Shown: positions 28,896-36,460 of the stretch, in pieces
How the letters are laid out: the number at the start of each line of letters is the position of its first letter
Numbering within the stretch: position 1 is the first letter of the stretch
Assembly (NCBI GenBank): GCA_002497075.1
Contig: DAML01000026.1
Location: 128,493 to 192,492, forward strand
From: Methanomassiliicoccaceae archaeon UBA472
Lineage (GTDB): Archaea; Thermoplasmatota; Thermoplasmata; Methanomassiliicoccales; UBA472
Length of the DNA: 64,000 bases
Reading direction: 5' to 3'
Made by a program: the position numbers and the translations under genes
Notes under the pieces: model-generated
Databases searched by the model: none
Told to the model about the DNA's origin: nothing
What the model saw: the letters and a program-made list of their open reading frames with translations, nothing else

Positions 28896-29540
28896 ATGGA
28901 TGACAACCGAGGAGATGTATTATTCGAAGAAAAGTTACTAGGATGTTACTTACCAGGAGGATGGGAGTCATTTAGGAAAAAAAAAATTAATGCATATTTA
29001 GCTCGTGGGATAAACGCAATATTGATCGTTTTATTCATTGCCATGTTAGCGATTCAATTTGATTTAAATCATTTTAGACCGGTATCTATTCTGTGTGATT
29101 TATTATCTATTACTGGGATATTAATGGTCTTCTTAATTGGAGAAAATTTTTATAAAAACGGTGGAGTGTCCTCTAGACCAATAACCGTCCAATTGAGCGG
29201 TCTGACGATTCCCCCAATATACATCAGAGCTCTGTCCAAGGAGAAAGGCTTCATTCACAAGGACCTCATCGATCACCTCGAGGTAAGATGGCACAAGGAG
29301 CATACAGCCTACTTTTCCAAGGTAAGCAGTATAAATTGGTACGACGCACCCGTTGAGTTCGTCGTCCACCTTAAGAACGGGAAAGCTATAAGCTCCGGGA
29401 AGAGGCCTCCCGAGACCATACTGGAAGCGGTTGATACGATGGAGAGGGCCTGGGGGATCAAAGTGATACGCCAGGGCTTCAAGAGAGGAAGGATGGAAAA
29501 GATCGTGAACCTGGAGACGGTGGAGGAGAGGGAGCTTTGA
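28896..29540 (+). CDS. small 2-TM membrane protein with a soluble C-terminal domain (214 aa)
   Basis: ATG lies 4 nt after the stop of the 503-aa ORF; a TTG at 28875 overlaps it. Two TM helices (INAILIVLFIAMLAIQF and ILCDLLSITGILMVFLIG) precede a beta-rich domain. The 5' half is AT-rich. Confidence 0.6.
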   Translation: MDDNRGDVLFEEKLLGCYLPGGWESFRKKKINAYLARGINAILIVLFIAMLAIQFDLNHFRPVSILCDLLSITGILMVFLIGENFYKNGGVSSRPITVQLSGLTIPPIYIRALSKEKGFIHKDLIDHLEVRWHKEHTAYFSKVSSINWYDAPVEFVVHLKNGKAISSGKRPPETILEAVDTMERAWGIKVIRQGFKRGRMEKIVNLETVEEREL

Positions 29541-29901
29541 CGGGACAGCATCGCTTTAACAGAATGTATGGGCATGGGACGGAGCTGGTCAGAAAGGTCT
29601 CATAAAAACATATGTTGGTTCGGTCAATCGTCCGGGCCTCCTCCCTCAGCTTTATCCGAACGAACCAAAGGTCATACGGCCCCTAAGAGGGAGGTGTGCG
29701 CGGATGTCGTTGAAAATTTGACATCCTCGGGGTCCGTTGATCAATTCATGAGCGAAAAGCTAAGCCAGATGGACAGCCTAATCGGGACACCTCAACGATC
29801 TCGGATAATAATAAAATAAAAGGGTTTGAACGACTGGCCTGCGCACACCGTCCGATAATTGATTTCAAATTTTCAATTCCTGGCTTGAGTGACTCGTGGT
29901 C

Positions 29902-29915
29902 CCGGCTGGGCCCAC
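29902..29915 (+). repeat. attR core CCGGCTGGGCCCAC
   Basis: Exact copy of tRNA-Val positions 12175-12188. It is followed by AT-rich spacer and then the high-GC CPBP protease gene. Confidence 0.6.
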
Positions 29916-30031
29916 TTTGATCCCATATGAACACAATTCTTTATTCTGAATATATTACCTATCCGATTGTAGATAACTAAAATTATGTATTTTAGTTAAT
30001 TATATTAACATATATTTTTAAACGTTTTTTA

Positions 30032-30688
30032 ATGAATCGGGACGACATCTGGATGTTGATCTCCTTTGTTGAGCTGGCCGTTGCTGCTGTCGTAATATAT
30101 CTCGACCTTCTCATTCCGACCTTGGTCATACTCGGCCTTTGCGCCATTTCCCTGGTCGTGCGCAAGGAGAAGATCACCGTCCTCGGGTTCAAGAAGACCG
30201 AACGACCGCTGTACATGGCGGCGGTAGTGCTGCTTCTGATGGTCGTTTGGAGCCTGTTCCATCTGTCAGTTTCCATGCCCATGCTGAACCACCTCACCGG
30301 AACGACCCAGGACCTCAGCTCCTTCGAGAACCTCCAGGGAGACGTAACGAACCTGGCGTTCCTGCTGCTGGCCACCTGGACCCTGGCCGCATTCGGCGAG
30401 GAGATAGTGTACCGGGGTTACCTGCAGAGGAGGGTCCGGGACATAATGGGAGATGGTCGTGAGGGCATTATTGTGGCGGTGGCATTGACCTCGCTGCTCT
30501 TCGGCATCGCCCATCTCGAGCAGGGCATCATCGGGGTTGTGATCACCGCCATGGACGCCGTGGTCTTCAGCGCGATCAAGCTAAAGTTCGACGACAACCT
30601 TTGGGCGGCGATACTGGCGCATGGATTCAGCAACACCGTCGGGCTGGTCACGTTCTTCTTCGTCGGGCCGATATACGGATTCTGGTGA
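30032..30688 (+). CDS. CPBP-family intramembrane glutamic endopeptidase (CAAX protease-like)
   Basis: Motifs EEIVYRGYLQ, FGIAHL and HGFSN in a polytopic membrane protein. Confidence 0.85.
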   Translation: MNRDDIWMLISFVELAVAAVVIYLDLLIPTLVILGLCAISLVVRKEKITVLGFKKTERPLYMAAVVLLLMVVWSLFHLSVSMPMLNHLTGTTQDLSSFENLQGDVTNLAFLLLATWTLAAFGEEIVYRGYLQRRVRDIMGDGREGIIVAVALTSLLFGIAHLEQGIIGVVITAMDAVVFSAIKLKFDDNLWAAILAHGFSNTVGLVTFFFVGPIYGFW

Positions 30689-30779
30689 TGACCCCGACAA
30701 ATAAACTCTAAAGCCCGTTTAAAAAAATCTGGAAATAGATTATTCGTAAATATACGAATGATTATTATGACTCGGTAAC

Positions 30780-30965
30780 ATGGCCGACGAAATCGAGAAG
30801 GGACCATGCCTTTGGCATGCGCCGGACGACCGATGCGCCAATTGTAAAGCAAGGCGCTACCGGCTTGATGCTCTGGGCATGAAGGACATCTACGGCGAAT
30901 GCCGAGGCCAGGAAGATTACCGTACCTGCGAGTTCTATAAACTTAAACCGGTCCCGAAGTGCTGA
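30780..30965 (+). CDS. small Cys-rich protein (61 aa)
   Basis: ATG ORF with 6 Cys (C..H....C..C ... C......C ... C). It sits immediately upstream of the HEAT-repeat gene. No family recognised. Confidence 0.4.
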   Translation: MADEIEKGPCLWHAPDDRCANCKARRYRLDALGMKDIYGECRGQEDYRTCEFYKLKPVPKC

Positions 30966-30988
30966 TCGACCGTTAGGAGTGGGGTAAA

Positions 30989-31537
30989 GTGGTGGAGTTC
31001 GATCTGGCCGGGATGCTTAAGGGATTGCGGTCCCTGGACGTCGAGGAGTGCCGGGCGGCCCTGGAGGACAGCCGAGAGCTTTTGATGGCCGGATGGGCTG
31101 ACCGCCGTTTGCTGCAGGCCCTGATCCCGCTGACCGAAGCCGAGGACGATCAGGTGAGGAAGGACGCCTCCTGGTGCATCGGGAAGCTGGCCCTCATGAA
31201 GATCGGCGACCCCCGCTCGGTGGAGAGGCTCATCGCATTGACCACCGATCGGGACGATGAGGTGCGGGCCAACGCCGCCTGGGCCCTGGGGGAGCTGGCC
31301 GGACAGCAGATCGGGGACACCGATTCCATTGAGGCCCTGAACATCCTGCTCACCGACCCGGACAAGGAGACCAGGGGGATGGCCGCCTGGGCCCTGGGCC
31401 GGATGGCCGACAAGATGAGGGTGACCTCGCCCTCCTCCGTCCCTATTCTGGAAATAATGCTCCAGGACAAGAGCGAGTACCTGCGCAAGGGGGCGGAGTG
31501 GTCCCTGGAGCGCATACGCCGCCTGCACCCCTTGTGA
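30989..31537 (+). CDS. HEAT-repeat (PBS-lyase-type) protein
   Basis: Three or more repeats of D(D/K)(Q/E)VR..A.WA(L/I)G.L. GTG start is preceded by a GGAGTGGGG purine-rich tract. Confidence 0.75.
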   Translation: MVEFDLAGMLKGLRSLDVEECRAALEDSRELLMAGWADRRLLQALIPLTEAEDDQVRKDASWCIGKLALMKIGDPRSVERLIALTTDRDDEVRANAAWALGELAGQQIGDTDSIEALNILLTDPDKETRGMAAWALGRMADKMRVTSPSSVPILEIMLQDKSEYLRKGAEWSLERIRRLHPL

Positions 31538-31576
31538 TGGCAACGGTTATATCATCGCGGCCCTAATCGGCTGAAC

Positions 31577-32455
31577 ATGCCCGGAGAACGCACGCTCAAG
31601 GTCGGACTGGTGCAGATGTCCATGTCCTCCGATGTCTCGGACAATCTGGAGAGGGGCGTCCGCATGTCCGAGTACGCCGCAGCGCAGGGAGCGGACATCA
31701 TCTGCCTGCCCGAGCTGTTCACCACCTCCTACTTCCCGAGAGAGGAGGACCCGGAGGGAAAAAGGGAGCGCGGGGCGTTCCTGAGCACCATCCCCGGACT
31801 TGTCACGGAGACATTGTCGGAACTGGCCAAGAGGACCGGTACGGTCGTCATCGGAGGTTCCATCTACGAGGCGGCGGAGGACGGGCTGTTCAACACCGCC
31901 ACCGTGTTCGATAGGGACGGCAGGATGCTGGGCAGGTACCGCAAGACCCACATCCCCCACGACGAGTGCTTCTACGAGCAGGATTACTTCACCCCAGGCG
32001 ATACCGGGTTCCAGGTGTTCCCGACCTCCCGGGGAAGGGTGTCCGCCCTGATCTGTTACGACCAGTGGTTCCCGGAGGCCGCGCGCTGCTCAGCGCTGCT
32101 CGGAGCGGAGATCATCTTCTATCCGACCGCTATCGGCACCGTGCGCGGCATAGGCCAGGCGGAGGGCGATTGGCAGGAGGCCTGGGAGAACGTGATGCGC
32201 GGGCACGCCATAGCGAACGCCGTCCCGGTGTGCGCCGTGAACCGCGTCGGGATCGAGGGGGAGAGCGAGTTCTACGGCGGTTCCTTCGTCTGCGACGCCT
32301 TCGGAAAGACCCTGGCCCGGGCGGGAAAGGGCGAGGAGGTTCTCGTGGCGGAAGTGGACATGGACCACGGAAAAAGGGTAAGGGAGGGCTGGAGATTCTT
32401 CCACAACCGCCGCCCGGAGTGCTACGGGGCGCTCGTTCAGAGAGGAGGGAAGTGA
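31577..32455 (+). CDS. aguB: carbon-nitrogen hydrolase, N-carbamoylputrescine amidase-like
   Basis: Nitrilase-superfamily pattern (LPELF, RKTHIP, ALICYDQWFPE with the catalytic Cys), directly followed by agmatine deiminase. Confidence 0.8.
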   Translation: MPGERTLKVGLVQMSMSSDVSDNLERGVRMSEYAAAQGADIICLPELFTTSYFPREEDPEGKRERGAFLSTIPGLVTETLSELAKRTGTVVIGGSIYEAAEDGLFNTATVFDRDGRMLGRYRKTHIPHDECFYEQDYFTPGDTGFQVFPTSRGRVSALICYDQWFPEAARCSALLGAEIIFYPTAIGTVRGIGQAEGDWQEAWENVMRGHAIANAVPVCAVNRVGIEGESEFYGGSFVCDAFGKTLARAGKGEEVLVAEVDMDHGKRVREGWRFFHNRRPECYGALVQRGGK

Positions 32456-32457
32456 GC

Positions 32458-33510
32458 GTGGCCTTGCAGGACGGTACACCATTATCCAAAGGATACCGTA
32501 TGCCCGCGGAGTGGGCGAGACACGAAGCGACGTGGCTCTCCTGGCCCAAGAACCCGCTGACCTTCCCGGAGGACGTGATCGATGAGGTCGAGGGCGTTTT
32601 CGCGCAAATGGCCGCCGCCCTTGGCTCGGGCGAGCTGGTGAGGATCCTGGTGGACGACCAGGCCCTGGAAGACCGCGCTTACGCCAAGGTATCCAAGGCC
32701 GGGGCGGACATGTCCCGGGTCCGATTCGAGCGCATAAAGAGCGCGGACGTCTGGATCAGGGATTACGGACCGTCGTTCCTCTTGCATAAGGACACCGGAA
32801 GGAAGGCGGCCGTCAAATGGGACTTCAACGCCTGGGGGGCCAAGTACGACGACCTGCTGTACGACGATGTCGCGGGACAGAATGTCGTGGAAAGGTCGGG
32901 AGTCCCCTACTTCAAACCCGGCATAGTTATGGAAGGCGGTTCGATCGACGTCAACGGGAACGGTCTGGTGCTGACGACCGAACAGTGCCTTTTGAACAAG
33001 AACCGGAACCCGAACCTGGACCGCAGGCAGATCGAAGAGTATCTGAAGCAGTACATCGCCACGCCGGACGTGATCTGGCTGGCGTCCGGGATAGAGGGGG
33101 ACGATACCGACGGGCACATCGACGACTTCGCCCGTTTCTCGTCCGCATCATCCGTTCTCTGCGCCTTTTCGGAACGGGGGGAGAACGCCCCGGTACTGGA
33201 GAGAAACTGGTCATTGCTCGAGAATGCCCAGGACCGCTTCGGGCTCGAACTGCAGCGCCTGCCGATGCCTGAGCCGCTTTATCTAGAGGAAGAGGAGAGA
33301 AACCTCCCGGCCAGCTACGCCAACTTCTACATCGGAAACAAGGTGGTGCTGTTACCGGTGTTCGAGGATCCCATGGACAAGGTGGCCGCGGACATCATGT
33401 CCTCCCACTTCCCGGGAAGGGAGATAGTCCCTATCGTGGCCAGGGAACTGGTCTACGGCTACGGCGGCATTCACTGCGTGACCCAGCAGGAACCGATCGA
33501 GCGCGGCTGA
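32458..33510 (+). CDS. aguA: agmatine deiminase
   Basis: GYRMPAEWARHEATWLSWP at the N-terminus, DGHIDDFARF, and C-terminal GGIHCVTQQEP with the catalytic Cys. The ORF-track start at 31966 is an out-of-context extension. GTG 32458 lies 2 nt after the aguB stop; an alternative ATG is at 32500. Confidence 0.88.
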   Translation: MALQDGTPLSKGYRMPAEWARHEATWLSWPKNPLTFPEDVIDEVEGVFAQMAAALGSGELVRILVDDQALEDRAYAKVSKAGADMSRVRFERIKSADVWIRDYGPSFLLHKDTGRKAAVKWDFNAWGAKYDDLLYDDVAGQNVVERSGVPYFKPGIVMEGGSIDVNGNGLVLTTEQCLLNKNRNPNLDRRQIEEYLKQYIATPDVIWLASGIEGDDTDGHIDDFARFSSASSVLCAFSERGENAPVLERNWSLLENAQDRFGLELQRLPMPEPLYLEEEERNLPASYANFYIGNKVVLLPVFEDPMDKVAADIMSSHFPGREIVPIVARELVYGYGGIHCVTQQEPIERG

Positions 33511-34898
33511 GGGGTGAACTCCTGCAGTAGAGACCCGCCGGACCACTCGCCGTGCCGGCTCATCAGGAACACCTGGTCGGAGATCCGCTGCAGGCCGCCG
33601 GGTTCGGTTCCCCCGACCAGCACGGTGAATATCCGGCAACCCTGTTTCTCCTTCAGGCAGTTCCAGTCGTGCAGGCAGCCCCGGTCCTTTATCCTGGCCA
33701 GACCGTCCGTTATGAAGAGTATGTCCGCCCCCTGCCATTGCGGTTCGCTTAGGCTCTTGACGCCTTGACGGAGCGCGGCGTCGAAGTCGGTACCTCCGCC
33801 GAACGTCTTGCACAGGAAATCCAGGAACTGAGATTGCCCATCCGGGTTGTACAGATCGTATGCTTCCACGTCCACCGAGAACATCAGCGCCCGCAGCGGG
33901 CGCCGTTCCTCCGCTAGGCGTCTGGACAGCGCCAACAACAATGCCTTGGCGGCCATCTCCGGCTCGCCGCTCATCGATCCGGACGAATCGAGAAGCGCTA
34001 ACACCGGACCGCCCCTCCTCCTTTCCCCGTCCCGGAACTCCTTTCCCCTGAGCTGGTATGTTAGCAAGCGCCGCTCGCACATCCTGGCGTAGAAGAGCAT
34101 CTTCAATCGCTCATCGGCCAGGTTGACCATCTCCTGGGGCAGCATGCGCTGAACGTCGCCGGAGAAGACCAAAGAATGCGTTTCTGTCAACGATTGGGAG
34201 TCTGAGGACGTTCTCCTGTCCCTCTCGCCCTCCATCCGGCCAAGCAGGTCCTTCAGATGCTCGACGTCCTTATGCTTTCGCAGCAATGAAGCGTAACGCT
34301 CCAGATTGCCGAGCATGGTCCTGTGCAATCCCACGCGGTGCAGGTCCCATCCGCGACCGGGAAGCATCTCCTCCAGATGAAGAAGCGTTTCAGCGTCCTT
34401 TCGCAGCCTGTCGATTATCGGGGCCAGGCTGCGGTCCAGGGACCTCACCAGCATCCTGAGGACCAGCAACAGCGCTTCCCTCTGGCGCTCGTCCAGCTCG
34501 ATCTCCTCGCCGTCGCCTGCGCCTTGCTTCAGCATCCCCTCCAGAAGGTCCTCCGTCCGGCGACGGACCTCTTCGGGCAGCTCGCTCCAGTCCAGGCCGG
34601 CCAGGCCGTTCTTCATCGCCTCGAGCACCTGAGGGAGCGTCAGCACCATCAGCTCCGGTATCAGGTCCGGGCGGTCCTCGGCGAACTTCCTGGCATCCGT
34701 CCAGGCCTTGCTCTGGAAAAGGGAATGGATGACCATGGTGGCCGCGTCGACAGGCTCGACGCTTCGAGCGTCCCCGAAGAGATCGGCGGCCATGAGCGCC
34801 GCGGCCGTCTGCCTCTGTTCCCAGGGCACCGCGCTTGGCGCCATAAGGATCGCCTGGACCTCCGGTATCTCCACCCACTCACGGATGAGGCCGGTCAT
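33471..34898 (-). CDS. VWA-domain protein (ViaA/CoxE-like partner of the AAA+ ATPase)
   Basis: MIDAS motif LLDSSGSMSG plus FITDG in the C-terminal half. It starts 10 nt after the upstream AAA+ gene stop. Confidence 0.8.
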   Translation of the reverse strand: MTGLIREWVEIPEVQAILMAPSAVPWEQRQTAAALMAADLFGDARSVEPVDAATMVIHSLFQSKAWTDARKFAEDRPDLIPELMVLTLPQVLEAMKNGLAGLDWSELPEEVRRRTEDLLEGMLKQGAGDGEEIELDERQREALLLVLRMLVRSLDRSLAPIIDRLRKDAETLLHLEEMLPGRGWDLHRVGLHRTMLGNLERYASLLRKHKDVEHLKDLLGRMEGERDRRTSSDSQSLTETHSLVFSGDVQRMLPQEMVNLADERLKMLFYARMCERRLLTYQLRGKEFRDGERRRGGPVLALLDSSGSMSGEPEMAAKALLLALSRRLAEERRPLRALMFSVDVEAYDLYNPDGQSQFLDFLCKTFGGGTDFDAALRQGVKSLSEPQWQGADILFITDGLARIKDRGCLHDWNCLKEKQGCRIFTVLVGGTEPGGLQRISDQVFLMSRHGEWSGGSLLQEFTPQPRSIGSCWVTQ

Positions 34899-34908
34899 CA
34901 GCGTAGTA

Positions 34909-36360
34909 TCACCCCTTGAGCTCCGCTTCCACTTCCTTCAGGGAGCGCTCGATCTCGGCCATCGACTCCAGGCGACGGTCCTGCCTGGCCAGGATGTCCT
35001 GGCGGTCCCTTTTGCTTAGCCATATGTTCCCATCCAGCCGTTTGCGCAGATCGCCCCGTTCCATCTCGTGCGCCCCTCTCACCTTTTCGTAGACGGTACG
35101 CAGGTCCTGCAGCTCCCTGGCGTACAGCCTCTGCTCGGCGCCGCCGCGCAGGCAGGTGACCTTCCAGCCACGGACGTTCTCCAGAACATGCATCAGCTCC
35201 GACAGCTCGAACTTGCGGTAGGAGGGGTTCACGCCCTGCGCCTCCCTGGCGTATGGGTCCATATAAAGATGCTTGGGGAAGGACTCGCCGTGCCGGCAGA
35301 GCTCCTTGGCGCTCATGAAGGTGGAGCCGCAATCGTAGCAGCATACCGGCCTCGGGAACTGCACATCGGAGGCGGAGTGCTGCTTCGCTTTCGCCAAAAG
35401 CGATAGCAGTTCCTCGCTGCTTGATTGCAATCGACGAAGGTCGACACCTCCGCTGCTTGTTAGATCGATGAGCAACGAGCGCAATCCTTCTTTCTGTTCC
35501 GGCTTATCCCACAGCATATGCTGGAGCAGCGGAAGGAAGCTCAGATCGACGTTCTCCCGGCCCATGGCCGCGGCGGCGGTGCGCATCACCAGAAGGGTCT
35601 TGTTCCAGCGGCGGTCGGATATGTACACGCTCTGGGACCGGAAGTGCTTGCGCAAGCTCAGATACGCCTGCAGCACGTCGTCGTCCACCTTAACCGATAG
35701 AGCACCGCTCTTGACACGCTCGATGTCCTCTAGCCCTATGGTGGTATTGGCCGACGTTCCGTTCGTCGAGGTGAGCACCTTCAGGAAGTTGCCCTCGTCC
35801 TGGACGTTGGTTATGAAGAAACGGTACAGGAAACGGTCGTACAGCGCCGCCAGCCCTTCCTCCTCGTTCGGAAGCTCGTTCGATGCCCCGTAAACAGAAA
35901 GGATCGGCACGCCCACCACCTCGTTCCCGTTGTGGAACCTCCGTTCGTTCAGAATGGTCAGCAGGCTGTTCAGAATGGACGAGTTGGCCTTGAATATCTC
36001 ATCAAGGAACGCTATGTTGGCCTGCGGTAGGTATCCTTCGGTGCGTCTTCGGAACTCGTCCCGTTGCAGGGAGCTGAGGGAGAGCGGGCCGAAGACCTCC
36101 TCCGGAGAGGTGAAGCGGGTCAGCAGATAATAATAGAAGGAACCGCCACGCAGCCTTTCGCACATGACCTTGGCCATCTGGCTTTTAGCGGTTCCGGGCG
36201 GACCGATGAAGAGCACGTGCTCCCCGGACAGCATGGCCAGGAGAGCGCCGGCGATCTCCTCCTCCCTCTCCACGAACTGCTCACGCAACTCGACCATGAG
36301 CGCGCCCAGCCTATCCGGGAATCCCTTGACCTCGTCGGTCTGAACGTGCCCTCCGCTCAT
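34909..36360 (-). CDS. MoxR/RavA-like AAA+ ATPase with a C-terminal coiled-coil and a C2H2-like zinc finger
   Basis: Walker A FIGPPGTAKS, Walker B AFLDEIF, sensor GASNELP. C-terminal CYDC-x12-H-x6-H. ATG at 36360 is preferred over the TTG at 36381. Confidence 0.85.
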   Translation of the reverse strand: MSGGHVQTDEVKGFPDRLGALMVELREQFVEREEEIAGALLAMLSGEHVLFIGPPGTAKSQMAKVMCERLRGGSFYYYLLTRFTSPEEVFGPLSLSSLQRDEFRRRTEGYLPQANIAFLDEIFKANSSILNSLLTILNERRFHNGNEVVGVPILSVYGASNELPNEEEGLAALYDRFLYRFFITNVQDEGNFLKVLTSTNGTSANTTIGLEDIERVKSGALSVKVDDDVLQAYLSLRKHFRSQSVYISDRRWNKTLLVMRTAAAAMGRENVDLSFLPLLQHMLWDKPEQKEGLRSLLIDLTSSGGVDLRRLQSSSEELLSLLAKAKQHSASDVQFPRPVCCYDCGSTFMSAKELCRHGESFPKHLYMDPYAREAQGVNPSYRKFELSELMHVLENVRGWKVTCLRGGAEQRLYARELQDLRTVYEKVRGAHEMERGDLRKRLDGNIWLSKRDRQDILARQDRRLESMAEIERSLKEVEAELKG

Positions 36361-36460
36361 ATGAACACCAACTGGACACAAAAGAGTGGTAGCAGGATTT
36401 ATAAAATCGTAGCGGACGATATTGATAAGTTAGGGAAGCGCTGATTACTTCTGGAGGACC

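Larger units (their letters stand above)
12175..29915. mobile_element. tRNA-Val-integrated genomic island (~17.7 kb) with tyrosine recombinase; cargo is a giant surface-protein locus
   Basis: Exact 14-bp direct repeat at both ends, an integrase next to the tRNA, visibly lower G+C with kb-scale AT-rich non-coding stretches, and housekeeping genes on both flanks. Confidence 0.65.

Noticed and set aside
29568-29819. 83-aa ORF near the island end, and the idea that this region is RNase P RNA or SRP RNA
   Set aside because: The ORF has no motifs and odd composition. I could not find the conserved RNase P elements (GAGGAAAGUCC-type CR-I, ACAGAA...GGCUUA-type CR-V) or SRP helix-8 motifs. Only the generic structured-RNA possibility is kept as a low-interest finding.
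31966-32457. The N-terminal 164 codons of ORF-track entry 31966-33510, and likewise the 45592-46260 extension of the S17e ORF
   Set aside because: These extensions run through aguB and thyX in another frame and are Arg/Gly/Pro-rich. Recognisable homology begins only at 32458/32500 for aguA and at 45591 for S17e.
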